A DNA stretch of 64,000 bases from Bacteroidota bacterium (GTDB lineage: Bacteria > Bacteroidota > Bacteroidia > Chitinophagales > Chitinophagaceae). A program made the translations under genes and the position numbers. Shown one piece after another: positions 18,387-28,073 of this stretch. The stretch covers positions 11,040 to 75,039 of the forward strand of contig VGGV01000013.1 in assembly GCA_016868455.1 (NCBI GenBank). The letters are read 5' to 3'. The notes under the pieces were generated by a model. That model had not been told where the DNA came from, made no database searches, and was given only the letters and a program-made list of their open reading frames with translations. Numbering within the stretch: the stretch's first letter is position 1; each line of letters begins with the position of its first letter.

Positions 18387-19502
18387 TTAATTGTTACTTA
18401 CTTTTTCATGCAACACTTCACCATTATGAGTGATACAACAACCTTTCACCAGTTCATCTTCCCAGTTCAGGTTTAGTTTGCCTTCCTTATCCGTTATCAG
18501 CTGCAGAAAATTCAGCACATTTTTCCCATACACTTTACTTGCATCAGATGGCATGGTGGATTGCAGGGATGAGTCACCGATGATACTCACACCATTGTAA
18601 TTTATCGTCTCATTATTCTTTGTAAAGGGAGTATTGCCCCCTGTTGCTGCTGCCATATCAACGATCACCGAGCCGTCTCGCATGGCCTTCAGCATTTCCT
18701 CCGTAATAAGCACAGGTGCTTTCTTTCCCGGAATTTGAGCCGTAGTAATCACAATATCGGCTTTGGCAGTGCTCTCCGCTATTTTCTGTTGTTGCTTTCG
18801 CTTATACTCTTCAGTTTGTTCTACGGCATAACCACCGGTCTGGCTGGCATCAGCGGCGCCTTCCACCTCAATAAATTTTGCACCCAGGCTCATTACTTCT
18901 TCTTTCACTGCAGGTCTTGTATCAAATACCTCTACCACCGCACCCAGCCGTTTGGCAGTGGCAATGGCCTGCAAACCGGCTACCCCTGCCCCAAGTATCA
19001 GCACTTTGGCGGGTTTAATACTGCCCGCTGCCGTGATAAACATGGGAAGATAACGGGGATAATGACCGGCTGCCAGCAGTACGGCTTTGTAGCCTGCTAT
19101 ATTAGCCTGAGAACTCAGCACATCCATTGCCTGTGCCCTTGTTGTTCTGGGCAGCATATCCAATGAAAAAGAAGTGATATTTGCGAATGCCCAGTGCTTC
19201 ATCGTTTCAATATTATAAAGCGGCTGATAAACACCTATAATAACTTTTTGGCTAAGCCTGTTTATTTCGTTATGGGCAAGAGCATGAATGCTGAGGATAA
19301 CTTCAGAAGAAGATAAAATCTCGTTGCGGGATTTTATTTGTCCGCCGGCAACCTCATAATCAGCAGCGGTGCAGAAAGCTTTTTCCCCAGCCCCGTTTTC
19401 TACCAATACGGAGATGCCTTTTTGGGTTAAGGCGGCTACAGATTCGGCAAGCAGAGACACTCTGGTTTCATGGGCAGGTTCTTTCAAAAGGCCAATCATC
19501 AT
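18387..19502 (-). CDS. pntAA: NAD(P) transhydrogenase subunit alpha part 1 (dI, alanine-dehydrogenase-like)
   Basis: Rossmann motif VLILGAGVAGLQAIATAKRLGA and AlaDH/PNT N and C domains. Confidence 0.9.
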   Translation of the reverse strand: MMIGLLKEPAHETRVSLLAESVAALTQKGISVLVENGAGEKAFCTAADYEVAGGQIKSRNEILSSSEVILSIHALAHNEINRLSQKVIIGVYQPLYNIETMKHWAFANITSFSLDMLPRTTRAQAMDVLSSQANIAGYKAVLLAAGHYPRYLPMFITAAGSIKPAKVLILGAGVAGLQAIATAKRLGAVVEVFDTRPAVKEEVMSLGAKFIEVEGAADASQTGGYAVEQTEEYKRKQQQKIAESTAKADIVITTAQIPGKKAPVLITEEMLKAMRDGSVIVDMAAATGGNTPFTKNNETINYNGVSIIGDSSLQSTMPSDASKVYGKNVLNFLQLITDKEGKLNLNWEDELVKGCCITHNGEVLHEKVSNN

Positions 19503-19556
19503 AAAAAGTCCTGTATTAGAAGCAATGAAATTTTGGTGGCCTGAAGATAATGATTT

Positions 19557-20354
19557 TTAAAATCGGATAATGAAATGCTGTTTCTCCTGAAATTCCCTGC
19601 GAAAAAAGACAATACCGATAAAAAACAGGTCAATGGAGCAGCGCACGGCCGGGTGGTCCTTAATGGCTTTCCATGCCTCTTCCATCTCCCTGCTCCAGTA
19701 AATATCGTCAAAAACCATTATGGAATCATTACCGGCCTTCTGCAAGAGTGTATGAAAATACCGCTCAGTCGGCAACTGCCGGTGATTGCCGTCAATAAAG
19801 GCAAAATCAACCAAAGGTAATTTATCGAGTACAGCAGAAAGGGTATCATCAAAATTCCCTTTCGCAATTTCAATATTGGCAAGAGACAGTTTCCGGAAGT
19901 TTTGCCCGGCAACATCTGCTATTGCTGCTGCACCTTCCATGGTTACTATTTTAGCCTCCGGCCTGGCCAGTGAAAGGTATGAGGTGGTAATGCCCAGCGA
20001 AGTTCCCATCTCTATTATGGTTGACGGCTGGTAATACCTTACCATCCGGAAAAGGAATTGCCCGTATTTTTTTGATTTGGCTGTATTTCGGGCAATGGAT
20101 TTGATACTGCGCTGATGCTTTTTCAAAAAGGCTGAACCGGCGCCAAAATCCTCCACTGCAAACATCCGTGAATCCCTCAGCAATTGCCTGCGCAATCCTT
20201 CAACCATTCCGTAAGCCGGATACGGGGCTTTATCATTGAGTACTTTGCTAATAAAATCAAATACAAACGGGGAATGTGTTCCATGGCCCCTGCCATTTGA
20301 AGAAGAAAGATAGTAAGCAAGATATTTGCGGGCCAGTTGCCATCCGGAGTACAT
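19557..20354 (-). CDS. Class I SAM-dependent methyltransferase (O-methyltransferase family 3-like)
   Basis: IIEMGTSLGITTSY (motif I) and FAFIDGNH, typical of Methyltransf_24/CCoAOMT-like proteins. Confidence 0.7.
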   Translation of the reverse strand: MYSGWQLARKYLAYYLSSSNGRGHGTHSPFVFDFISKVLNDKAPYPAYGMVEGLRRQLLRDSRMFAVEDFGAGSAFLKKHQRSIKSIARNTAKSKKYGQFLFRMVRYYQPSTIIEMGTSLGITTSYLSLARPEAKIVTMEGAAAIADVAGQNFRKLSLANIEIAKGNFDDTLSAVLDKLPLVDFAFIDGNHRQLPTERYFHTLLQKAGNDSIMVFDDIYWSREMEEAWKAIKDHPAVRCSIDLFFIGIVFFRREFQEKQHFIIRF

Positions 20355-20373
20355 GTATCAAAATTAAGAATGA

Positions 20374-20868
20374 TCAGCCGATGCGTTCCCAGATCTGAAA
20401 AGAATAATTGAAGGCATTCTTTTCATCGGCCTCATGGTTCTTTTGGCTGGTAAGATACCATTGCCCCGGGTTCAATGAAGGGAAAAAAGTATCCCCATCG
20501 GGCTCTGCCTCCACCCTGGTCAGATAAATCCGCTTTGCCCTGTCGAATAAAGCCCGGTAAATCTCTCCACCGCCTATCACCATCACTTCCTTTGCATCAG
20601 TTTCCTTCGCCACGAAAAGTGCATCCTCAATACTTTGCACAGCCACAGTACCATCAGCCTTCCAACCCGGCTGGCGGCTGATAACAATGTTCTTTCTTCC
20701 GGGCAGGGCCTTGCCCAGCGATTCAAATGTTTTGCGTCCCATCACCACCGGCATACCCCATGTAATGTTCCTGAAATGCTTCATATCATTGGGGAGGTGC
20801 CAGGGCATTTTACCATCTTTTCCGATGGTATGGTTGGTGGCGGCAGCTACTACTAGGGAGATGGTCAT
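20374..20868 (-). CDS. folA: Dihydrofolate reductase
   Basis: ISLVVAAATNHTIGKDGKMPWHLPNDMKHFRNIT...VVMGRKTFES...VIGGGEIY is canonical type I DHFR. It sits downstream of thyA. Confidence 0.95.
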   Translation of the reverse strand: MTISLVVAAATNHTIGKDGKMPWHLPNDMKHFRNITWGMPVVMGRKTFESLGKALPGRKNIVISRQPGWKADGTVAVQSIEDALFVAKETDAKEVMVIGGGEIYRALFDRAKRIYLTRVEAEPDGDTFFPSLNPGQWYLTSQKNHEADEKNAFNYSFQIWERIG

Positions 20869-20902
20869 GAGTCAGAAGCTATTAATCGGGAATAAAGATA
20901 AC

Positions 20903-21715
20903 TTAAATGGCAACAGGTGCTTTTATCGCAGGATGGCATTGATAATTTTCCAACTCAAAATCTTCGTACTGAAAACGGAAAATATCATGAACTGCAGGGT
21001 TCAGTTTCATAACAGGCAAAGGGTAAGGCCGGCGGGTTAATTGCAGCTTTACTTGTTCCAGATGATTATTGTAAATATGCACATCACCGAAGGTATGCAC
21101 AAAGTCTCCGGGTACTAAATCACAAACCTGGGCTACCATCATGGTAAGCAGGGCATAGGATGCGATATTAAAAGGCACCCCCAGGAAAACATCAGCGCTT
21201 CGCTGGTACAGTTGGCAGCTAAACCTCCCCCGGCCTCCTTCCGGAGACGGGGAAACATAAAATTGAAACATGGTGTGGCAGGGCAGCAATGCCATTTCAG
21301 GCAGTTCGGTTACATTCCAGGCGTTGACGATAAGCCGGCGGCTGTCGGGGTTTTCTTTAATCTGCGAAATCAGTCCGGTAATCTGGTCCACCACTTTTCC
21401 GTCCTTTCCTTCCCAGCTGCGCCATTGCTTACCGTACACCGGACCCAGTTCCCCGTTTTCATCAGCCCATTCATCCCAAATACTTACCCCGTGCTCTTTT
21501 AAATAAGCAATATTGGTTTCGCCTTTCAGAAACCAGAGCAGTTCGTAAATAATACTCTTCAGATGCACTTTTTTTGTTGTCACCAGCGGAAAGCCTTCCT
21601 GCAGATTAAAGCGCATCTGGTAGCCAAACACACTTTTGGTACCGGTGCCGGTACGGTCTGTTTTCTCAGCTCCGTGATCGAGAATATGCTGTAATAAACC
21701 CAGGTACTGATGCAT
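20903..21715 (-). CDS. thyA: Thymidylate synthase (ThyA)
   Basis: [19 protein letters not shown]..., active-site region [11 protein letters not shown]...[25 protein letters not shown], and C-terminal PAIKAPVAI. Confidence 0.97.
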   Translation of the reverse strand: MHQYLGLLQHILDHGAEKTDRTGTGTKSVFGYQMRFNLQEGFPLVTTKKVHLKSIIYELLWFLKGETNIAYLKEHGVSIWDEWADENGELGPVYGKQWRSWEGKDGKVVDQITGLISQIKENPDSRRLIVNAWNVTELPEMALLPCHTMFQFYVSPSPEGGRGRFSCQLYQRSADVFLGVPFNIASYALLTMMVAQVCDLVPGDFVHTFGDVHIYNNHLEQVKLQLTRRPYPLPVMKLNPAVHDIFRFQYEDFELENYQCHPAIKAPVAI

Positions 21716-21867
21716 AGCGCAAATTACCCTGTTTTTGTGATTTGGCTTCCGGCCAACTCCTGGCCTGTGGGGAAGATGTTAATTGAGAACAAACATTGCC
21801 GGTCTTGATTTAAATCAGCAGCCCGCTAGTAAGTCATTGATAACTTGGTTGTATCAAAATCATTGAA

Positions 21868-22260
21868 ATGAGCAATCCCAGAAGGTTTTATAAAGAACTC
21901 GGCAACCTCTTTTATGCTATCGCCGCTGCCGATAAAAAGATAAGTGACAAAGAAAAAAAAGCATTGGATGAAGAAGTGCGGTTTGCCTGGAAACATTATG
22001 ACAATACCACTGACCGGTTTGGAACCGACCGGGCCTTTTTGATTGAGTTTGAATTTGAGACGATGGAGGAAAACAGTGAATCGGCGGAAAACGCTTACCA
22101 GTCTTTTGAATCATACTTTAAAGAGTATGAAGCCGAAATTGACTCCCCTACCCGTTCCCGGATATTTAACAGCGCAAGGCATATCGCAGAAGGCCTTAGA
22201 AAAATCAACCAGGAAGAATTGGATTACCTGATCAGGCTGAAAAAACTCTTACACATTTAG
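21868..22260 (+). CDS. TerB-like (tellurite-resistance TerB / DjlA N-domain fold) small protein
   Basis: LGNLFYAIAAADKKISDKEKKALDEEV resembles the TerB-family helical repeat. The assignment is weak. Confidence 0.45.
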   Translation: MSNPRRFYKELGNLFYAIAAADKKISDKEKKALDEEVRFAWKHYDNTTDRFGTDRAFLIEFEFETMEENSESAENAYQSFESYFKEYEAEIDSPTRSRIFNSARHIAEGLRKINQEELDYLIRLKKLLHI

Positions 22261-22277
22261 GTAATAAGTTTACAGGC

Positions 22278-22320
22278 AGCCCGAAGGCAGGTACTCCATG
22301 TTCGGGCTATTTGCCTATTT
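22278..22320 (+). terminator. Putative terminator after the TerB-like gene
   Basis: AGCCCGAA-loop-TTCGGGCT followed by ATTTGCCTATTTT. Confidence 0.4.
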
Positions 22321-22370
22321 TACTGTAGCAAATATTCAGGATAAAACATTTTACAGACGCTTCTACCGGT

Positions 22371-23120
22371 GTGCAAACTCCACTGCATGAATTGCACATT
22401 CAAAAAGAGCAGGATGGCTGGACGGTAGTAGAAACCAATGCCGGTGAGTACCTGAGTTTCCGCTTCAGTTATCATTTTTTTGACAGCCTGCAACAGATTG
22501 CAGCCTACATGCAAAACGAAATACAACAGATTGCCGATAGCCATGATTGGGCCGGTGAGGAAGGCCTGCAGCAATTGGACAACGACGGCATGATGGCTGT
22601 GTATTACCAGTATATCGATAATGTGTCACACATGGTAGTGATGGCGGCAAGATTATTAACAGACCGGCCGGGAATTTTTTACATCGGTGTCACTAAATCA
22701 GAATCCATGACCCATTCCTGCCGTCAGTTGTTTCTCGGTGCCAAACCGGCCCCGATGACCGCAACCGGTCAGCGGGAACCAAAAACAGAAAAGCAGCTGG
22801 CAGGCCGCATACTCCGGTATCTTGATGCCTATACCTCCAATACATACGGCGGCGGCGGCACCAGCACCGATAAATCATTCAGCCTTTTTGAGGATGGCTC
22901 ATTTCGTTATGCCTATGCCAGTATGGTAAGTATGGGCAGCTTTGGCGGCAGTACCAGCCGCAATGAGGGCTATGGCTGCTGGGAAATACGCAAAGAAGGT
23001 CAGCAAATTTTTCTTGTCCTTCGCTGGCACCTGGAGAGCATGGGTATGTACCGGCTTGAATGGGGAAATGCGGGTGTTGTTCACCTGGACAATGAGAAAT
23101 TCCTGATGGATCGTTTATAA
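22371..23120 (+). CDS. Hypothetical cytoplasmic protein (GTG start in the track)
   Basis: 249-aa ORF with no signal peptide and a Gly/Ser-rich C-terminal half (YGGGGTSTDKSFSLFEDGSFRY...). No family recognised and the start is uncertain. Confidence 0.45.
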   Translation: MQTPLHELHIQKEQDGWTVVETNAGEYLSFRFSYHFFDSLQQIAAYMQNEIQQIADSHDWAGEEGLQQLDNDGMMAVYYQYIDNVSHMVVMAARLLTDRPGIFYIGVTKSESMTHSCRQLFLGAKPAPMTATGQREPKTEKQLAGRILRYLDAYTSNTYGGGGTSTDKSFSLFEDGSFRYAYASMVSMGSFGGSTSRNEGYGCWEIRKEGQQIFLVLRWHLESMGMYRLEWGNAGVVHLDNEKFLMDRL

Positions 23121-24344
23121 ATTATGCCTTCTTTTCAATTCTTTCCTGATAAGACTGAGTTCCCGGCCGGTTTGCCCGCCCACTGAAGTGTTTTCCTGCG
23201 CCCTGCGCATCAGGTAGGGTACGATATCTCTGATGGGGCCAAAAGGAAGATACTTGCTTACACTGCACCCGGCATGCGCCAGGTTGAAGGTGATGTTATC
23301 ACTCATGCCATGCAACTGGCTCCAATGTACATGGGGGTGGTTCAGCGGCAAACCCCTCTCTTGCAGCAGTTGTGTGGCATACAGGTTGCTGTATTCATTG
23401 TGCGAAGCCACCACCACCGCTATCTTTTCAAGATGATCAATACAAAATTTCAAACTTTCATTAAAATCCCTGTCCGTATTTTCTTTATCGGGCATAATGG
23501 GGGAAGGATAGCCTCTGTCAGCTGCTCTTTTTCTTTCTTTCTCCATGTAGGCCCCCCTGACTAATTTGGCTCCCAGGATAAAATTTCTTTCAACGGCTGC
23601 ATGATATGAATCAATGAGAAATTGCTGCCGGTCAGTTCTGTAATGCTGGGTGGTGTTATAAACCACCGCCTTTTGCTTATTAAATGTATCCATCATAAGT
23701 ATGGTAAGCGCATCAACGGGGTCCTGAATCCAGGTTTCTTCCGCATCAATGAAAACTCCCACATTTTCTGAAGCCCCGGTTTCACAAACCCGCATCACCC
23801 GGTGACGAACCCGGTGCCATTCTTCCCTTTCTTCAGCATTCAGTTCATCCACGGCCTGCAGGTACCGTTTCATCAGGGTGCCTTCCGCCTGATGCATTTC
23901 GCTGTCCATCTTTTCTAATAACCCAAACCGGGCAAACCCTGTTACTTTCACACTCATAAACGGGATATTGGGCTGGGTGGCGGCATAATTAATCACCCGG
24001 ATAAATTCTTCACAGGCATGATCAAAATTTTTCTCTCCCTCCTTGCCTTCCACACCATAATCCAGCACCACCTGTACATTGTACTCCCCGAGTTTTTTGG
24101 CCACCCTGGCAGTTTCCTCCAGGGTTTCCCCGCCCACAAACTGCTGAAAGATGGTGTTGCGGATAAGTCCTTTAACCGGCAATCCTGCTTTAACCGACCA
24201 GGGTGCCAGCCGTACGCCCAGTTTTACAATCCAGGACCTGGCCATGAGGGAAAAAAGGAACCTTGCCTTGCGGAGCTGTTTGTCGGATTTATATTCAAAA
24301 GCAAATTCAGTATTATCGAAGGAGATAACAGGATATGATTCCAT
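23115..24344 (-). CDS. Proline dehydrogenase (stand-alone PRODH)
   Basis: VVLDYGVEGK, GAKLVRGAYMEKERKRA, VASHNE and QLHGMSD...YLPFGP...VPYLMRRAQENTS are PRODH barrel motifs. Confidence 0.8.
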   Translation of the reverse strand: MESYPVISFDNTEFAFEYKSDKQLRKARFLFSLMARSWIVKLGVRLAPWSVKAGLPVKGLIRNTIFQQFVGGETLEETARVAKKLGEYNVQVVLDYGVEGKEGEKNFDHACEEFIRVINYAATQPNIPFMSVKVTGFARFGLLEKMDSEMHQAEGTLMKRYLQAVDELNAEEREEWHRVRHRVMRVCETGASENVGVFIDAEETWIQDPVDALTILMMDTFNKQKAVVYNTTQHYRTDRQQFLIDSYHAAVERNFILGAKLVRGAYMEKERKRAADRGYPSPIMPDKENTDRDFNESLKFCIDHLEKIAVVVASHNEYSNLYATQLLQERGLPLNHPHVHWSQLHGMSDNITFNLAHAGCSVSKYLPFGPIRDIVPYLMRRAQENTSVGGQTGRELSLIRKELKRRHNL

Positions 24345-24427
24345 ACAGCAATTGTAAATAACCGGGCAAAGATAGGGTGAAGGCGCTCACTCCCCGCTGA
24401 TCTGGACGCCGGCATTTTCATCATCCC

Positions 24428-24435
24428 TTACCTTT
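24428..24435 (+). promoter_or_regulatory. Candidate Bacteroidota -7 box TACCTTTG upstream of the thioesterase gene
   Basis: Matches the TAnnTTTG consensus about 45 nt upstream of the start codon. Confidence 0.35.
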
Positions 24436-24483
24436 GCACCGCCCGCAGGGAAATCACCTGCCCGTCTTAAAAACAGTTTGCAT

Positions 24484-24999
24484 ATGGAACCCAAAAAAGC
24501 AGCAGCCAGTCTCACCATCATGACCGAAATCGTATTGCCCAATGATACGAATGTATTTGGTAACCTGATGGGTGGCCGTCTGATGTACTGGATGGATATT
24601 GCTGCAGCGCTGTCAGCTCAAAAACATTGCAATGCCCCTGTTGTAACTGCGTCTGTAGACAATATTTCGTTTGAAAGCCCGGTAAAATTGGGCAATGCAG
24701 TGCATATAGAGGCTAAAGTATCCCGTGCCTTCAATTCTTCCATGGAAGTACACCTGAAAGTGTGGGGTGAAGACCTGACACAACAGTATAAATACAAAAG
24801 CAATGAGGCTTATTATACTTTCGTAGCCCTTGATCCCAACCGGAAGCCCCGCCCGGTGCCCCAATTGATACCTGAATCAGATGGGGAAAAAAAACTCTTT
24901 GACGGGGCATTAAGAAGAAGGCAACTCAGGTTAATACTTGGGGGCAAGTTAAAACCGGATGACGCTACCGAACTAAAGGCATTGTTTGTAAAAGATTAG
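24484..24999 (+). CDS. Acyl-CoA thioesterase (hotdog fold, YciA/BFIT-like)
   Basis: IVLPNDTNVFGNLMGGRLMYWMDIAAA...VTASVD.ISFESPV is the acyl-CoA hydrolase hotdog signature. The track's non-ATG start at 24478 is replaced by the in-frame ATG two codons later. Confidence 0.85.
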   Translation: MEPKKAAASLTIMTEIVLPNDTNVFGNLMGGRLMYWMDIAAALSAQKHCNAPVVTASVDNISFESPVKLGNAVHIEAKVSRAFNSSMEVHLKVWGEDLTQQYKYKSNEAYYTFVALDPNRKPRPVPQLIPESDGEKKLFDGALRRRQLRLILGGKLKPDDATELKALFVKD

Positions 25000-25079
25000 T
25001 TCTTTCTTGTGTGTAGAAGAGCTGAACTTAAGTCACAAACTACCGACTACTGACTACCAACTTACTTATCCGTCGTTTG

Positions 25080-25829
25080 CTAGTGATGCTTGCCCATCAT
25101 CATGTGTTTTTTGCTCTGCTCAATAGCATCCATTATCCGGGCCAGAATATCTTCTGCTGGTGCATCATAGTTTATTTTTAATGGCTCTTTAAAAGTGACC
25201 GTCAACTGCGAACCTTTCTTTTTGAACTTCAGTCCCTTTTTGTTAAAAGCCCGCCAGAATCCGCTGATAACAACAGGAATTACTACAGGCCTTGTCTGTT
25301 TGATGATCAGGGCTGTTCCCTTCCGGCCAGGGGCAAAGGGTTTGGTGGTTCCCTGCGGAAAGGTAATGACCCAGTTCTTTTCCAGTGCCCGGAGAATTTT
25401 CCGGGTATCTGAAGGATCAAGCCCTCTCCTCACTTCTTTTCCCCCTTCTCTCCAGGTTCTTTTTACCGTAAGACCGCCTGCTAGTAAAAAAAGGCGGCTT
25501 ATAAAACTACCCTTCATGGTTTCTTCCGCAGCCACATAATTCACCCTTGTAAAGGGATTGAGCAGGTAATAGGGTATGCCAAGCCGGTTTTGCTTACCCC
25601 ATTTCACAGCACAAAATATGTGCAGGAATGTGATGACGTCCGCAAAGTAGGTCTGGTGATTGCTGACAAACATCACTTTTTTCCGCGGAAGATTTTTGAA
25701 ATGCCCTGTGCCGGATATTTTAAGCTTATTTATAATGGCGAGGCCGGGATAAGAGAGCAGACCTACAAAGAAGTAAACAATCTTTCTTACCGGGTGAAAA
25801 TTCCTTAACCGTTCGCCGATGGATGCCAT
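25080..25829 (-). CDS. 1-acyl-sn-glycerol-3-phosphate acyltransferase family protein
   Basis: HX4D motif (FVSNHQTYFADV) and FPQGT block of PlsC-type acyltransferases. Confidence 0.8.
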   Translation of the reverse strand: MASIGERLRNFHPVRKIVYFFVGLLSYPGLAIINKLKISGTGHFKNLPRKKVMFVSNHQTYFADVITFLHIFCAVKWGKQNRLGIPYYLLNPFTRVNYVAAEETMKGSFISRLFLLAGGLTVKRTWREGGKEVRRGLDPSDTRKILRALEKNWVITFPQGTTKPFAPGRKGTALIIKQTRPVVIPVVISGFWRAFNKKGLKFKKKGSQLTVTFKEPLKINYDAPAEDILARIMDAIEQSKKHMMMGKHH

Positions 25830-25920
25830 GACAGTCTTTTAATGTGCCCGTACCTAAATTAAGAAATTGTACTTGAACAACATCATTTTGTATTGCCGGC
25901 TGGTATTTTTGAAAATGAAG

Positions 25921-25943
25921 GAGGCTGCGCAATTGGCAGCCTC
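25921..25943 (-). terminator. Hairpin GAGGCTGC-N7-GCAGCCTC downstream of the T9SS-substrate gene
   Basis: 8-bp GC-rich stem. T-rich tracts follow on both strands. Confidence 0.5.
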
Positions 25944-25974
25944 ATTTTAATGGCAGGTTGTAAAAGTTGCGTTA

Positions 25975-27714
25975 TTAACGCTTAATTATTTTCTGGCTCA
26001 GGGTTTCGCCGCCGGAAGTTGCCCGGATAACATACATACCGGATGCAAGTCCGCCAACATTGAATATTTCCACCTGGGCGGCCAAAGCGTTTTCGGTTCT
26101 TTTTACTACAGCACCCGATGATGTTAACAGTTCATAATACACCCTCTTATTAACCCACTCAGCCGGGATGGCTATTTTCAGATAATCTGTTGCCGGGTTG
26201 GGAAAAGCCTGCAGGTACAGGTCGTTATATCCGGGTTTGGTTATACGTACCATTCTCACACTGGATAATTCTGACTTACCGTCAATATCTACCTGTTTCA
26301 GCCTGTAATAGAGAACTGTAGCCTTTACGTTTGCGATATTATCCGTGAAAGAGTAATCTTTTCTCTCAATACTGTTGCCTTCGGTAATCACCATTCCCGT
26401 TTCGGTAAAACTGGCACCATCTGTACTTTTTTCCACAACAAAATGGCTGCTGTTGGTTTCAGTTACTGTGGCCCACTGAAGTTGCACTTTGCTCTGATCT
26501 TGGTTGAATGTGGCGGTAAAGTCAGCCAGTTTAACAGGCAGCGGGTTGGGAAGTTCATCGCCGGTGTTGCAGGTAGAATTAATGGCAACAGGGGTAAGCA
26601 TCGCATTCATATACATCCTCATGCCGTTGATATGCGAATTATTTGTTACAGAAGTATAGGCATGGGTGCCCAGGTAAAATACCATACCACCAGGCATGGA
26701 TGAAGCAGTTAGTTTGGCTACACTGGCGCCGATGGGTGTTTGTGAGGCGATAGTTCCACCACTCATATGGTTATGTTCATTGTTTTGAAAGCTGCTGCCC
26801 GAAGCAAGCACCCAGGTGCGCAGATAACCTTCGATGCTCATATAATATGTGCCTTGAAATTGAGAAAAAGCCAGGTCTGGATTTGGGTAAATGGGGGCTG
26901 ATTCGGCAATAGGGGTAATCGACTTTGAAATACCATTGGTGCTGTGAAACCGGCCGTAAGAACTGTTTTCGTAGGTTTCCACGGCTTGGCACTGGCCAAG
27001 AAAATTACCGCCCTGCTGCACAAAGTGCTTGATGGCAGAAATAGTGGGGGCATGCTCCACATGATTGTGGGGTTCACTTGCAAAAGTGTAGCAGCGGGTG
27101 TATAAATCCGTGGCAGGCCCGCTTCCATAATTAGCAGCAGGAATGCCGCAAAGCGTCATATAGTTAAGGTGAATGGAAGCATTTGTTCCGTCTGTAAGCA
27201 CTATAGCTTTTGGCTTAAACCCTAACAAATCATAGCGGATATCTACATTAAGTACAGAGGCTGTAAGCATGTAAACACTGGGCCTGTCATTACCGCTAAG
27301 GCTGTTGGCGGTATAATAAGTTTGCACTAGTGCAGCCACACCGGCGGTGTCAGAAGCATAAATCACAAAAGGCCCGGCCTTAAAATCCCTGGAAACTCCG
27401 CCTACAACTAACGAAGGCAATATTTGCTCTGCAAACCCCGTAAAATCAATACCATCTTTCGCTTTACCAGCCTTGATGGCCCACCTGATGCGTATATTGT
27501 TATTAAGCAGGTGCACTACCAGGCCATAAGTTTTCAGGTTGAAATAACCCGAGGCATTTGCCTGCAGGGTATTGTCCATGGCAATTACATAGCTTCCTTG
27601 CGGCACGGTTTGCATGTCAGAATCTGGCGAAGGAAGGTTTTTGTTTTGTGCTTTAATACTGTTGAAAGCAAGCAACATCACAAGGGCAAGTACAGATTTT
27701 TTCATCCTTTTCAT
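25975..27714 (-). CDS. Secreted protein with a T9SS (Por) C-terminal sorting domain
   Basis: Signal peptide MKKSVLALVMLLAFNSIKAQ. The C-terminal ~80 aa (LQAFPNPATDYLKIAI...GMYVIRATSGGETLSQKIIKR) fits the Por secretion tail consensus. A fibronectin-like middle domain is possible. Confidence 0.75.
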   Translation of the reverse strand: MKRMKKSVLALVMLLAFNSIKAQNKNLPSPDSDMQTVPQGSYVIAMDNTLQANASGYFNLKTYGLVVHLLNNNIRIRWAIKAGKAKDGIDFTGFAEQILPSLVVGGVSRDFKAGPFVIYASDTAGVAALVQTYYTANSLSGNDRPSVYMLTASVLNVDIRYDLLGFKPKAIVLTDGTNASIHLNYMTLCGIPAANYGSGPATDLYTRCYTFASEPHNHVEHAPTISAIKHFVQQGGNFLGQCQAVETYENSSYGRFHSTNGISKSITPIAESAPIYPNPDLAFSQFQGTYYMSIEGYLRTWVLASGSSFQNNEHNHMSGGTIASQTPIGASVAKLTASSMPGGMVFYLGTHAYTSVTNNSHINGMRMYMNAMLTPVAINSTCNTGDELPNPLPVKLADFTATFNQDQSKVQLQWATVTETNSSHFVVEKSTDGASFTETGMVITEGNSIERKDYSFTDNIANVKATVLYYRLKQVDIDGKSELSSVRMVRITKPGYNDLYLQAFPNPATDYLKIAIPAEWVNKRVYYELLTSSGAVVKRTENALAAQVEIFNVGGLASGMYVIRATSGGETLSQKIIKR

Positions 27715-28014
27715 ATTAAAGGTGTCTGATCGGTTTCGTATCTAAGACATCCTTTCAGAAAACCAGCAAATCAACGATGACGCTTGAAATAAACAGGAGA
27801 AAAATACGGTGATGGGAATAGTCCATTTCAGGTTACGGATTTCTTTGTTTTCTTAGGGATTGTTCGATTCTGATACAAACAGAATATCTGCATTTTTTAC
27901 GTGCAAGTTTTATAGGTATTATTTCTTTACCGTATCGTAATTTTACGAAACATAGCCCAGGCTATAAAACAGAAGAATTCCGTTTTCGGAAAATCAGATC
28001 TGAATACCAGTTAC

Positions 28015-28052
28015 TTCAAAAAATAAAGCTATCCTTAAACAAGGATAGCTTT
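28015..28052 (-). terminator. Rho-independent terminator of rpsA
   Basis: On the minus strand, a 12-bp stem AAAGCTATCCTT-GTTT-AAGGATAGCTTT is followed by ATTTTTT. Confidence 0.75.
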
Positions 28053-28073
28053 ATAAAACTTTTCGTAAAATTT

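Noticed and set aside
27715-28073. The 360-nt spacer upstream of the T9SS-substrate gene, scanned for ncRNA, small ORFs and operators. It contains the palindrome ATAGCCCAGGCTAT and the hairpin ATTCTG-N7-CAGAAT.
   Set aside because: Apart from the clear rpsA terminator, nothing forms a convincing conserved-looking structure or coding signal. The palindromes are short enough to occur by chance.
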